A stretch of 64,000 nt of DNA from Pelagomonas calceolata (taxonomy: Eukaryota): assembly GCA_918797485.1 (NCBI GenBank), contig CAKKNE010000003.1:4526001-4590000 (forward strand), read 5' to 3'. The notes below the pieces were generated by a model. The model ran no database searches and was not told the DNA's origin. It saw only the letters and a list, made by a program, of their open reading frames with translations. Each line of letters begins with the position of its first letter. Position 1 is the stretch's first letter. A program made the position numbers and the translations under genes. This document shows, piece after piece, positions 52,605 through 63,063 of the stretch.

Positions 52605-52709
52605 AGTAGTATATGACTTGTAGCCGTTTTTACATCAACGCGGAAAGTGAACGGGTTTTCCCGTGAACGTCCGTTTTGATGTAAAAACGGCTACAAGTCA
52701 TATACTACT
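52605..52709. repeat. Hairpin element with perfect 34-bp arms
   Basis: AGTAGTATATGACTTGTAGCCGTTTTTACATCAA and its exact reverse complement. Confidence 0.9.
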
Positions 52710-53428
52710 CCCGGGCCGAGTTCTTCGTGGTTAAGATTGCTTCTCTCTCTCTGGATGGCGATGTTCTTTCGTTGCCAGTGGCGCCCATGAACGCATGCAG
52801 CCGCAGCCGGCGCGTCGCTAAACCTACTAAACGGGTTTTTGACGACTTTGGAGCTCTCCCTCTCATCGGCATCGACCTCCGTACAGACCCCCCGACCTCG
52901 GGCGGGCTACCGACCCCTCGGAGGCTCCATGCGAAAAAGCACGTAATTTCGGATCGATTAAGACTTGGTCAGTACCTGGCTTCCCCCCCCGTGTACCGTT
53001 AACGGTACGGGGCACTGTTGACCAGTTCCGCCATCATGATGGGTCCGGCCCGGGGCGGCGTGGGCCCATACTAACCTGAGTAGAAAATGCATCATCAGTG
53101 AGAAGTGACCGCACCCAGGCCCCATACTATAGTATTATTCAAGTTGACGGACCGTCGCAAGTCCCCTCCGAGTCAAACATGGGACACACTATTTCGTTAG
53201 ACAACTACACTACGCTGCCGGGGAAGTCCGGAATTACACACGCTATTCCCCCCTGCATCGCACTGGGGACCGTGGAGGCCCGGCCGCCGTAGGTTTGATT
53301 GAAAAGTAGCAATCACGTCATGCTCGGATCAGACCCGGAGAGAAAAACGAAAGCAGTCGCGGACACCGCTCCCCGCCCAGACGACGTCGCGAGCGAAAAA
53401 AGGCCGCGCAGCTGCGCCAAGTCGCTGA

Positions 53429-54205
53429 TTAAACCTCGTCGGGCTGCTGCTTCTTCTTCCGCTTCGCCTTGGCGCACTTGGCGACGCGGGTCTCGAGCGC
53501 GACGACGCGCTCCTCGAGGCGCGCGGCGCGCGCCTCGGCGGCCGCGCAGCGCGCCGCCTCGCGCGCCGCGGCGTCGCGCGCCGCGGCGCGCGCGCGGTCG
53601 GCGTCGGCCGCGCGCGCCTCGGCGGCGCGCTGCGCGGCGCGCGCACCGTCGGCGTCGGCCACGGCGCGCGCGGCGCGCGCGACCGCCGCGTCGGCGTCCG
53701 CGCGCGCGGTTTCCGCCGCCCGCTTTACGTCCTCGAGCTCGCGCGGCGCGGCGCCCGAAGAAGCCCGCGCGGCCTCGGCGGCCCGGGCCGCGTCCCGCAC
53801 CTGGCGCTCGAGCGCGCGGCGCGCGTCCGCGAACTCGTCGGCGAGCATCTGGCGGTCGACGCTGAGGCGGTGCAGCCGCCCCTCCAGCTCGGCGACGCTG
53901 TCGGCGTACGCGGCCTCGGCCCTCGCGTCCTTCCGCGCGTTCGCCCGGCCGGCGCTGTGGCCCGCCGCCGCCGCCGCGACGAGCGCGAGGGATCTGAGCG
54001 CGGTGACCAACCTGACGAGCCTGCCGACCGCCTCGCCCAGATTTATCCCCGGCGTCGCCTCGCGTTCGCAGAGCGCGCCCACGCCGTCGAGGTCGCCGAA
54101 GAACGCGGCGTTCGCGTCGCGCGGCCTGCCGCCGCCGCGGGGGACCAGAGGCAGCGGTTTTGGTGCTGCCTCCGCCAGGAGGGCCAGGAGGGCGAGGCGT
54201 CTCAT
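53429..54205 (-). CDS. Signal-peptide, Ala-rich coiled-coil protein
   Basis: MRRLALLALLA..VPRGG; heptad-like Ala/Arg/Glu region. Confidence 0.55.
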   Translation of the reverse strand: MRRLALLALLAEAAPKPLPLVPRGGGRPRDANAAFFGDLDGVGALCEREATPGINLGEAVGRLVRLVTALRSLALVAAAAAGHSAGRANARKDARAEAAYADSVAELEGRLHRLSVDRQMLADEFADARRALERQVRDAARAAEAARASSGAAPRELEDVKRAAETARADADAAVARAARAVADADGARAAQRAAEARAADADRARAAARDAAAREAARCAAAEARAARLEERVVALETRVAKCAKAKRKKKQQPDEV

Positions 54206-54864
54206 GCGGGGAGTCCTCTTGGTTCTTCTTTAGTTCTTAGTTCTTCAGCGCTGCCGGCTTGCGTGAAAGCTCTCACTTCCCTATTCCCTATTAATTTTAT
54301 CCCTAGTCCCCCGATGCTAGTGTGTGTCGACACGCTAGGTTTCAAACGGGGGCGTCAGGTGCCTTCTGAGAGCTTGTGCTGCAGTGCTGCTGTTTCAGAG
54401 GAGCAGCGGCTCTACACGTTCCAAGCCCGTTTTCCAACTGCTAACATCTAGGGGGACACCTAGGCCCGGGGGAGGCGCAAACCCTATAATTGAATGAAAT
54501 TGAATTGACTGAGCGGGCTCGCGCGCTAAACATGGGTCGCGTCTTCGACAACTGTCAGGCCTTCATGCTTTTAGTTTCTTGACGTCTCTTCTCTTTTTAA
54601 GCGCCGGCTGGGTATCCTAGCCGCGCAGGGAGAATGCCTCTAGAGGCTTGGTGTATGTCCTTTCCTTTAGGATATTCCTTCCTTAATTATTTATTTATGT
54701 ATTTTTGGTCAGGTACGTCGAGCGTTCACACTTGCGTTCACGCAGGGCGGCAAACGTTCGTAAAGTCGAAAGAAACTGATTTCGCACCAAGGCGGCGCAG
54801 GCCGTTAGCATTTTGGTGAATGAGATCGCGCAGGCTATGGTGCGCACCACAGGGTGGTTCGTAG

Positions 54865-56541
54865 TTAGGCGGGCGGATGATACCCGGGGTAGTAGGACCC
54901 GTAGCGCTGCTGCTGCTGCGCCTGGAGATTCGTGGGCGCCGGAACCGGCGGCGGCGGCGCCGCCGCGACTTGCGCAGAGACGGCCTCCGGCTTCTTGAAA
55001 CCGAGCCCGGGCTCCGCGCCGAGCTCCGACATGAAGTCGAGGAACTCGGCGTCGACCTTGACCGGCGCCTCTTGCGCGCCGGTCTCGACCGCCTCCGCGG
55101 CGCCGTTCTTGTTGAGGACGCAGTCGCGCGTCGGGTGCGACGTGTCGCCGCACAGCGCGCACCGCACGTTCGCCATCGCGTAGCTCCGCTGCTTCGCGGG
55201 GCACTCCCACTGCAGGTGGCCCTTCTCTCCACAAATGTGGCAGTAGGTCTCCTGGCGCTGCGTGCCGTTGATCTCGGCCAGTTCCGTCTGGTGCTTCTCC
55301 TTGAGCTCGTCGACCTTGCCGGACTCCGGATTTAACAGGGGTTCGATGAGCGCGCAGGCCTCCTGGACCTGGGCCTCCGTCGGGCCCTCGACGAAGACGT
55401 GCATGTCGTCCTGGTCGTCCTCGAAGTCGCGCTGCGCGTCCCTTCCTCGTGACCCCTCCCGCAGCGAGCCGCGCCCTCGCACGCGTATGCGACACCCGGT
55501 CTGGGCCTCCATGCGCTTGTGGTGGTTCCCGCGCGGGCCCAGGATGAGGCCCATGAAGCACACGTTCGGGAACTCCTTCTGGGGGATGTACAATCGCCGC
55601 GACGGTCGCGCCGGCGCGTCGCCCAAAGCGGTCGCGGCCGACGGTTCGATCGCGCGGATCTTTTTGAGGAGCAGTGACCTTTCCCGCGCGAGCTCCTGCC
55701 GAAACAGGACCTCGGGCGTGTTCGCCCGCGAGCCGTCTGGGCCGTAGACCGGCGGCGGGTCCACGCGCCTCGGGTCGTCGCGCCACTTTTCGAATTCGCT
55801 GGCAAAGTCCATGGTCCGCTCCTGCAGCGTCCGCAGCCGCATCTGCAGCAGCATCAGCTCCTGCCGCCGCTCCTGCGTCGGCGCGCCCGCGCCCGTCCGC
55901 GCGCGCGCCGCCGCCAGCGCGAGCTGCCGCGCGGCGTCGGGCGCGACCACCGTGAGCTGCGACGCGGCCAGGGCCTCGCGCTGCGCCCGCGCGAGCCGCT
56001 TGGTTTCCAGAGAGGCCGGCGCCGCGTTCTCCGTCGTCGTCGCGTCCCGCTTCCCGAACCGGCTCCGCTTCCGTCTGGGCGCCGGCGGTTCGACGGTCGC
56101 GGCCAGGAACCGCTCGGTCGCCTCCCCAAAGGCGGGCCACGCCGCGAGCGCCTCGGCCGTTTCTGGATACGCGCCGTGCCGCGCCCTCAAATCGGACGCC
56201 GCGTACCACTCGCCCAGGGGGCCGTGGAGCTCCTCCAACGTCTTCGCGTCGACGGCGGGCGCGGCGGCGGGCGCGGCGGCGGGCGCGGCGGGCGCGGCGG
56301 CGGGCGCGGCGCCCGCCCACTCGCCCGTGTCCTGGAACTTCAGGTACTCCTTCCGCACGCTCTTCCAGCCGGCCCACGCCTCCAGCTCCATCCACATGGC
56401 GGGGAAGAGGCCGTGCGCCGCCTGGAGGCGCACGTTCCGCTTGTCGGCGTACCATCTGCGGCAGGGATGGAAGAGCAGCTTCTGCTCGGCCTTGCGCTCG
56501 GCGGCCGCCTCGTACGAGTTGGCGTCGGCCTCGAACGTCAT
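54865..56541 (-). CDS. SF1: Splicing factor 1 / branchpoint-bridging protein
   Basis: RRKRSRF; PPPVYGPDGSRANT; KH domain GLILGPRGNHHKRME; two CCHC zinc knuckles. Confidence 0.9.
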   Translation of the reverse strand: MTFEADANSYEAAAERKAEQKLLFHPCRRWYADKRNVRLQAAHGLFPAMWMELEAWAGWKSVRKEYLKFQDTGEWAGAAPAAAPAAPAAAPAAAPAVDAKTLEELHGPLGEWYAASDLRARHGAYPETAEALAAWPAFGEATERFLAATVEPPAPRRKRSRFGKRDATTTENAAPASLETKRLARAQREALAASQLTVVAPDAARQLALAAARARTGAGAPTQERRQELMLLQMRLRTLQERTMDFASEFEKWRDDPRRVDPPPVYGPDGSRANTPEVLFRQELARERSLLLKKIRAIEPSAATALGDAPARPSRRLYIPQKEFPNVCFMGLILGPRGNHHKRMEAQTGCRIRVRGRGSLREGSRGRDAQRDFEDDQDDMHVFVEGPTEAQVQEACALIEPLLNPESGKVDELKEKHQTELAEINGTQRQETYCHICGEKGHLQWECPAKQRSYAMANVRCALCGDTSHPTRDCVLNKNGAAEAVETGAQEAPVKVDAEFLDFMSELGAEPGLGFKKPEAVSAQVAAAPPPPVPAPTNLQAQQQQRYGSYYPGYHPPA

Positions 56542-56688
56542 CTTTCTGATCTATTTTTGCAGCGTAAAGTGTCCGTTCGCCCCAAAAGTAAAGCGCAGAT
56601 GATGCTAGGCATCCCTAGTGTCTTACCGGCCGCTAGCAGCTACTCGGGACGGGACGCCCCAGGCCCTGCACCACGCCGACCGTCCAAA

Positions 56689-58569
56689 ATGAGCGGCCGC
56701 CTCAGCCCGGCGAAGATGCTGGGCGCCTGGCTCCACGCGAACGGCAGCGACGGCGAACTGAGCCTGCACGACGACGCGGAGCCCGCGAGCGTCGAGGAGG
56801 AGAACGCGAGCCTCAAGCGGCGCGTCGCCGCCCTGGAGGCCACGCTGCGGCGCGTGCGCGGCGAGCGGGCCGACCTCGAACGCGTGCGACGGGTCATGAA
56901 GCGCAACTCGAGACTGCGGCGCAAGCTCGGCCTCGCGCTCGTCGCGTCCTACGTCCTCTACTACTGCTGCTGGAACCTGAGCTTCCTGGCGGGCTACAAC
57001 AAGCTGCGGGGGCGGCCGCGCGACTGCGCCGTGACGCGCTACGGCGGACTCATCCTGGAGGGCGGCGGCGTGAAGGGCGTCGCGTACGGCGGCGCGGCGG
57101 CGGCCTTGGAAGCTTATGGTTTATTGGATCGGCGGCACGTGACCCACTTCGCGGGCACGTCGGCCGGCGCGATGATGGGCGCGCTCCTCGCGGCGCGGAC
57201 GCCCGCCGAGGACATCGCGCGCTATCTCCTGGATTTCCCGTTCGAGCGGCTCATGGATGGCGGCCACGCGCTCGCGAACGCGGGGCGCCTGCAGCGGAGG
57301 CTAGGCTGGTTCCGGGGCGACGAGGTCGAGCGGGCGATGCGCGAATTACTCGACAAGGCGGGCGTCGGCGGCAACGCGACGCTCGGCGAGCTGGAGAAGG
57401 CCCGGAAAACGACGCTGCGGCTGTCCGTGACGGACCTGACGAGGGGTCGCCACGCGTGGCTCGACGCGACGAACATGAACAACGTGTCCGTCGCGCGCGC
57501 CGGCGCGCGAATCACTTTCGCCGTGCCTCTCGCGGGACGCGCGGCGGCGTGTCGTTCGCCGCTCGAGTCAGCCCGCGCGGCCGGGTGTGCACCCGACCCA
57601 CCGGCTGATTTTCGCGCAGGCGCGCGCCGTGCGGGCCTCGTCGGCCGTGCCCTTCGTCTACCCGCCGGTGCAGCTCGGGAAGCGGCTCTTCGTGGACGGC
57701 GGCCTCGTGCGGAACCTGGCGTGGGACGCGTTCGGCCACTGGGGCGTCGCGCGGAAGAGCAACCGGAAGCGGCGGTGGGTCCCGCGGCGGCGGCGCGCGG
57801 TCCTCGCGCTGTCGATCCGGGGGCCCGACCGCGCGTGGGCCGAAGATTTTTCCCTCCGGGGGGGCGACGGCGAGGAGGAAGACGACGAGCCCGCGCCGCC
57901 GCGGCGGGCGTTCTTTCCCTTCTTCGCCGGTCCCGACGAGGAGCAGGAGACCCTGAGGCGGCGCGCCCTCAACCGGCGGGGCTTCGCCGGGCTCCGGGCG
58001 GGGCGAAAGGCAAACTTCACGGCGCCTTCGTGCCGAGTCATCGACCTCCGCGCCATCGACGCGGCGTCTGCTCGACAGCGTGGCGGCGAGGGGCTCTCGC
58101 CGCTCGACTTAGCCGGCGGAGCCGCGTCGTCGCCGAGAAACGAGTTTGCGAGATAATTATCGGGTGCGTCCGACTCACCGGTCGATTTGCGCGCAGGCTC
58201 TGGGCCTTTGGCACGAAGCTGCTGGAACTCGTCGCGTTCGGCGCGGACTCGCCGAACGCGCTCCCGCCGGACGGCGCCAATCTGGACGTGGTGAAGATCG
58301 ATACATTAGATGTCCAGGCGGCGGAGTTCGACCTGGGGTCGCGCGAACGGGCGCACCTCGTCGCGTCCGGCTACCTGTCCGTCGCGCGGCACCTCGAGGC
58401 CTGCGGCCACGGGCGGTCGCCCGCGCCGCCGCCGTGGCTGGTCGGGTTACTGCGGAACGCATCGCTGGACTTATACGAGCTCATGGCCAAGGACGCAGCT
58501 TTGTCGCTGCTGAAGCGCGGCATCCGGCCGCAGGAGGCGGTCAAGCCAACGGTTTATCCGGAGCTCTGA
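56689..58569 (+). CDS. Patatin-like phospholipase; introns 57493-57619 and 57991-58196
   Basis: EGGGVKG; AGTSAG; AVRASSAVP; FVDGGL; both splices restore the frame. Confidence 0.85.
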   Translation: MSGRLSPAKMLGAWLHANGSDGELSLHDDAEPASVEEENASLKRRVAALEATLRRVRGERADLERVRRVMKRNSRLRRKLGLALVASYVLYYCCWNLSFLAGYNKLRGRPRDCAVTRYGGLILEGGGVKGVAYGGAAAALEAYGLLDRRHVTHFAGTSAGAMMGALLAARTPAEDIARYLLDFPFERLMDGGHALANAGRLQRRLGWFRGDEVERAMRELLDKAGVGGNATLGELEKARKTTLRLSVTDLTRGRHAWLDATNMNNVSVARAGARITFAVPLAGRAAACRSPLESARAAGCAPDPPADFRAGARRAGLVGRALRLPAGAAREAALRGRRPRAEPGVGRVRPLGRRAEEQPEAAVGPAAAARGPRAVDPGARPRVGRRFFPPGGRRRGGRRRARAAAAGVLSLLRRSRRGAGDPEAARPQPAGLRRAPGGAKGKLHGAFVPSHRPPRHRRGVCSTAWRRGALAARLSRRSRVVAEKRVCEIIIGCVRLTGRFARRLWAFGTKLLELVAFGADSPNALPPDGANLDVVKIDTLDVQAAEFDLGSRERAHLVASGYLSVARHLEACGHGRSPAPPPWLVGLLRNASLDLYELMAKDAALSLLKRGIRPQEAVKPTVYPEL

Positions 58570-58600
58570 GTAACACAACAGGAAGCAATTAATCACATGG

Positions 58601-61104
58601 CTAGGATGAGGCGTCGGTGTCGTCGTCTGAGTCGGAGGCGTCTTCTTCTTCTTCCGCCGACGACGACTCAGAGGCCGACTCGTCGTCGTCGTCTCGCGCC
58701 GACTCGTCCCCCGCCGAGGCCGACTCGTCGTCGTCGTCTCGCGCCGAGGCCGACTCGTCGTCTTGCGCCGACTCGTCTTCCGACGAGGCCGACTCGTCGT
58801 CGTCGTCCCCCGCCGAGGCCGATTCGTCGTCGTCATTCTCGTCGGCGCTGTCAGAGTCGTCATCGTCGTCCTCGCCGGTACTCGAAGCAGAGCCAGAGGC
58901 GTTCTCGTCGTCTGACTCGTCCGAGTCCGACTCGGAGCTCGCGCCCGACCCGGATTCCACCTCTACCTCTTTTTGGCCCGGGCCCTCGGTAGGCGGCGTG
59001 ACCTGCCGGACGGGCGCCGCCAGCGCGTTGCGCTTGACCGCGCCGCGCGCGCGCGCGGCCGCATCGCGCGCGTCGCGCCCGCCGCGCGCCGCCCGCTGAG
59101 CCGCCGCGCGCGCGACCGCGACCGCGCCGTCGGCGGCCCTTTCGCACGCGCGCCGGAACTTGCGAGCGAGCGCGGCGAGGCGCTTGCGGCCGGCCCTCAG
59201 CGCCGCAGCGTGAGCTTTTGTCGCCGCGTCGCGCGCGACGCCTGGAGCGACCTCGTCGAGCACGATCCGCCAGCACGCCTCGACCCGATCCTCAAAAAGA
59301 CGCTCCTCCTCGTCCATCACTCTCGACGTCCAGAAGGAACGCCACCGCTCGACGTTGCCGGCGTGCGCGGGGCCGAGTCCCGAGGCGACGCATCGACACA
59401 CGTAGTCGACGCCCAGCGCGTAGGCGTCCCGAATGAGCGGGTGCGGCGGCGCGGGGTGCTTTTTGACGACGCGCTCGGCCGCCTCGGCCGCCTCGGCCGC
59501 GCGGCCCGCGCCCTCGGCGCGAGCGGCGGCGCGCAACGCCGCGGCGCACGCTAGCAGCGAAACTCGCAGAGGCCCATCGGGCGCCCTATTGGCCGCCCCT
59601 TCATTAATGCGCGCCAGCGCCGCCGCGGCCCGGCCGTTTCTTGGCGGAGCGGGCGGCTCCACCGCCGGAGCCAGAGGCCGATCAACGGGAACAATGACGG
59701 GGTGCGGGTCCGGCCGGAACCAGAACAACGGCTTCCGCAGGTTCTTCGGCCGGCGCTCGTCTTGTAGAGCCTCCTCGTTCTTTACGACACACTTGTCGCA
59801 CGCCACCTCGGAGTGGCAGAGGCCGTGGGCGGGAATGCCAAAGTTCGCGGGCCGGGGGTGCCACGGCGCCACGCCGCAGCGGCAGAAGAGGCACTCGGTC
59901 TTGTGTCGGTCGCCTCTCGACGCGAACGGCGCGACTGTCACCGAATGGTTGGCGTGCTGCAGCGCCCGGATCCAGTAGCGGAGCTGCAGCGCGGCCTTGG
60001 CGTCGCCGCCGGGCGCCGCGGCCCAGACTCTCCCCGCCGCCGCGCGCGAATCTTTCGGCGGCGCGGCCGATTCCGGTCCCCCGGGCGCCCCGGCGACTCC
60101 CGGCGCCAGCGGGCCCCCGGACGCGTCGAGCCGGAGCACGCCGTCGGCGCCGAACGCGCGGCGTGGCGCGAACGCCAGCGTCGCGGGGACGCGCTCGTCG
60201 CGTAAATCAAAAACGAGCGCGACCGCGTCGCCGACGGCGTAGGCCCACTTGCGGTCGTCGCCTGTGCATAAATCAAATTGTCGCGGCGCGTCCAACGACC
60301 TCCACGCCATCGACGCGACGCCAGCTCGATGACATGGCGAGATGGTCTATTGCCGCTCGTTCCAGCCAACACGGCCGCGTTCTCGCCGAGATGTGACTTT
60401 GTGAAGAAGTGCACCCGACTCACTGGTTGATTTGCGCACAGGTCGTCGCGCGGCCGGCCGACGACGAGCCGCAGCTCGAGGCGGGAACTTTCGAGGACGG
60501 CGAAGCACAGGACCCAGGCGTCGCCGAGGCGCCGAGCCAGCGCCTTCGCGGCCGCCGCCCGTTGCGCGGGGTCCGCCGCGCGCGCCGCCCAGCCGCGCTC
60601 GCGCCGCCGTCCCCGCGCAGGCGGCGGCGCGAGGACGTCGGCGTCCCCCCCACAGTCCGCGGGCGCGACGCCGGTCGCCGCTGCTCCAATGGCGCGCTCC
60701 GCGGCGCGCCGGCCCAGTCTCAAACTCAAGAAGCCGTAGCGCGCGCCCGAGCCCCGCACCAACCACCGCGTCTTTCCGCGGCGCTCCTCCTCGCTCACCC
60801 CCGGGTACCAGGCGCCGTCGTTGGCGAGCCGCGCCTCCAGGCTTGGGCCGTAGCGGCAGCGCGCGGAGGCGGCCCGCGACCAACCCGTGAGTTTTCCCTT
60901 TGGGCACGGCACGGCTGGTTTATCCGGGCGCGCGCCGGGCCGCACCTTCTCCGGCCGCGCCGGCGGCGTCTCGGACGGCTCGGGCAGCCGGAGCGCGGGG
61001 GCGAAGGGCGCATCTAGCAGGCCGGCTCCGGTCGCCGCCGGGTCGTCGTACGCGCCGCGGCAGTAGCGGCTCCGGAGCCCGGAGGGCGCGATTCTTGGCT
61101 TCAT
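58601..61104 (-). CDS. Hypothetical protein with Cys/His cluster and acidic repeat tail; intron 60262-60449
   Basis: Introner with perfect TSD GTCGTCGC joins ORF 59938-61104 to ORF 58601-60310; CLFC..HGLCH..CDKC; ESASARDDDD repeats. Confidence 0.65.
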
Positions 61105-61254
61105 CGCCGCGCTATGATCCTCGCGTGCGCGCCCATTTTATGTTTAGTGTATCTTTAGTACAAAAAGTACCTACAAGTATCAAACCTACGGGAGTGCCGT
61201 GCGTGGAAGAAACAGCTTAACCTCCGGCGGAAAACCTCGCGTGGGGGTTCTCTA

Positions 61255-62178
61255 ATGCCGGCCACCTTCGCGCAGCCCGCGGAGAGCGTCGAGGGGGCCG
61301 AGTGCAGATGGAGAGAAGCGAGGACGCAAGGCGTCGAGGCCTTCCGGCGGGGCGATTTGCACGCCGCCGACGGACACTTCCGGGACGCGCTCGCGCGGCT
61401 GTGCCCCGTGATCCTCGGCAGCGACGACCCGACCCAGCCGGACGGCGACGCGCGCGACGGCGCCGGCATCGAGGAAATACCGCAGTACGAAACCTGGACG
61501 CGGCAGTGGGCGGCCGAGCTGCTGAGCTGCCGCGCGGCCGCGCTGCTCGGCCAGAAGCGGTACCGCGACGCGCTCGCGCAGGCGGAGAAGGCGCTGGAGT
61601 TGCGGGACGACTGGGCCAAGCCCGGGATGCAGGTCTGCAAGGCGCGCCTCGGCCTCGGCCAGTACGATAAAGCACTAGAGTGCTCGCGCGTCGCCTCGTT
61701 GCAAGCGACGCCCGCGTTGCGGGAGGAAGCGCGCAAGTTCCGCGCGCGGGTCGAGAAGGCGGCGTACGGCAAGGTCCTCGGGGAGACTCCGCCGCCGCCG
61801 CCGCCGCTCCCGCAGGGAACGCTGTGCCCCGCGGACCCCGGCGAGTGGGACCACGTGGACCTGCTCCCGCCGGACGCGTGCAAAGATAGGTTGGCCGCGG
61901 TGCTGGCGCGCTGCGAGGAGGCCGACGCTATCGCATTGCTGGACGAGGCGCACGCCAAGGTCGAGCGGGACGGCGAGGGGACGAGGGACGCTGTGATGAA
62001 GCCCCTCATGGTGCGCCTGCAGGCGGACGCCCTCGCGGACTTTGGCTATCCGAGCGGGGAGCGCGGCGTCGCCCGGTTCGGCATGGAGATGCGGAAGGCG
62101 ATGCGGGGCTTCCCGGACGACGCGGAGTTCCGCGGTCTCGTCGCCGAGCTGTCGACCTACGGCCGGCCGCGCGCGTAA
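61255..62178 (+). CDS. TPR-repeat protein
   Basis: GVEAFRRGD..A..HFRDAL; RAAALLGQKRYRDAL..AEKALEL..WAK. Confidence 0.75.
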   Translation: MPATFAQPAESVEGAECRWREARTQGVEAFRRGDLHAADGHFRDALARLCPVILGSDDPTQPDGDARDGAGIEEIPQYETWTRQWAAELLSCRAAALLGQKRYRDALAQAEKALELRDDWAKPGMQVCKARLGLGQYDKALECSRVASLQATPALREEARKFRARVEKAAYGKVLGETPPPPPPLPQGTLCPADPGEWDHVDLLPPDACKDRLAAVLARCEEADAIALLDEAHAKVERDGEGTRDAVMKPLMVRLQADALADFGYPSGERGVARFGMEMRKAMRGFPDDAEFRGLVAELSTYGRPRA

Positions 62179-62188
62179 GTTTAGTGCA

Positions 62189-62935
62189 TTAGTCCGCTAT
62201 CGCCTCGAGCTCGGGCTGGACCCACGTCGCCTCGCCCGTGCTCGAGTTGAAGTAGTAGTGGCTGCCGACCTCTTCGTCCCAGTGCTGCGTCCACTCGCCC
62301 CGGTCGTCGTCGCCGTCCGAGGGCCACTCCTCGCCCCGGTCGTCGTCGTCGTCGTCGGCCGCGGCCGCGCCGTCCCTGTGTGCACGCCTGGCTGTGCCGC
62401 CCCCCGCGCCATCAAAATCGTCGGGCACGAACCCGTTGGCCGTCGGCGCGTGGAACCGGCGCGCGTCGACGGCGCGCGGCGGCCGCCGCTCCGCGAGCGG
62501 CGGCGGCGCCACGCGCGGCGGCGCCACGCGCCCGCGCCCCGCCGCGGCCGCGACTGACACGCGCCGGACGGGCCCGCGCGCGAGCGGCGACGCGTGCCGC
62601 TTGCACTCGGACGCGCTGTCGACCGCGGACCGCGGACCGCGGGGCTCCGGCGCCGCGCCGAAGCGCACCGAGCGCCGCGGCGCGGCTCCGGCAGAAGGCG
62701 ACCGCCAGCCGGGCGGCAAGGCGGGGGCCGGCAGCGGGCCGGCGCCGCGCGCCGGCTTTGGCGTGGCGGCGCGGCCGAAGCGGTGCGAGCTCAGCGTGCG
62801 CTGCTCGGGCCGCCGCCGCGGCGATTGTTGATGGAGCATCGGTCGCCTCCACCACGAGGGCAGCGAAAAACTGCTCGTGGGAATTTGCCGCCGCGCCAGG
62901 TACAACCAAGGTATACCGTAGGTACTTTCGGGCAC
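62189..62935 (-). CDS. Low-complexity protein with C-terminal WW domain (start uncertain)
   Basis: WTQHWDEEVGSHYYFNSSTGEATWVQP. Confidence 0.65.
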   Translation of the reverse strand: MPESTYGIPWLYLARRQIPTSSFSLPSWWRRPMLHQQSPRRRPEQRTLSSHRFGRAATPKPARGAGPLPAPALPPGWRSPSAGAAPRRSVRFGAAPEPRGPRSAVDSASECKRHASPLARGPVRRVSVAAAAGRGRVAPPRVAPPPLAERRPPRAVDARRFHAPTANGFVPDDFDGAGGGTARRAHRDGAAAADDDDDDRGEEWPSDGDDDRGEWTQHWDEEVGSHYYFNSSTGEATWVQPELEAIAD

Positions 62936-63063
62936 ACATACTGCGGTAATAATTTAACGCAGGCACACGCCCGACGGCGGGACGTGTGGCTCAGAGCCGC
63001 GCGCGCGCACGCGATCATCTACACGTAGCACCGCTGCCGCAACAAACGGGCTGCCCTTGGAAC

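Noticed and set aside
54695..56455. Long Arg/Ala/Gly-rich alternative-frame and antisense ORFs (also 1287-2180, 19060-20490, 40904-42340)
   Set aside because: Expected shadows of very high GC coding DNA; no motifs.
56176..56688. N-terminal extension of the 797-aa patatin ORF
   Set aside because: Antisense to SF1 and intergenic DNA; the ORF also reads through two introns with an out-of-frame middle exon.
58660..58830. Tandem repeats here and at 48346-48440 and 45225-45315
   Set aside because: In-frame coding repeats for acidic, SAAEDAPL and Pro-rich tails.
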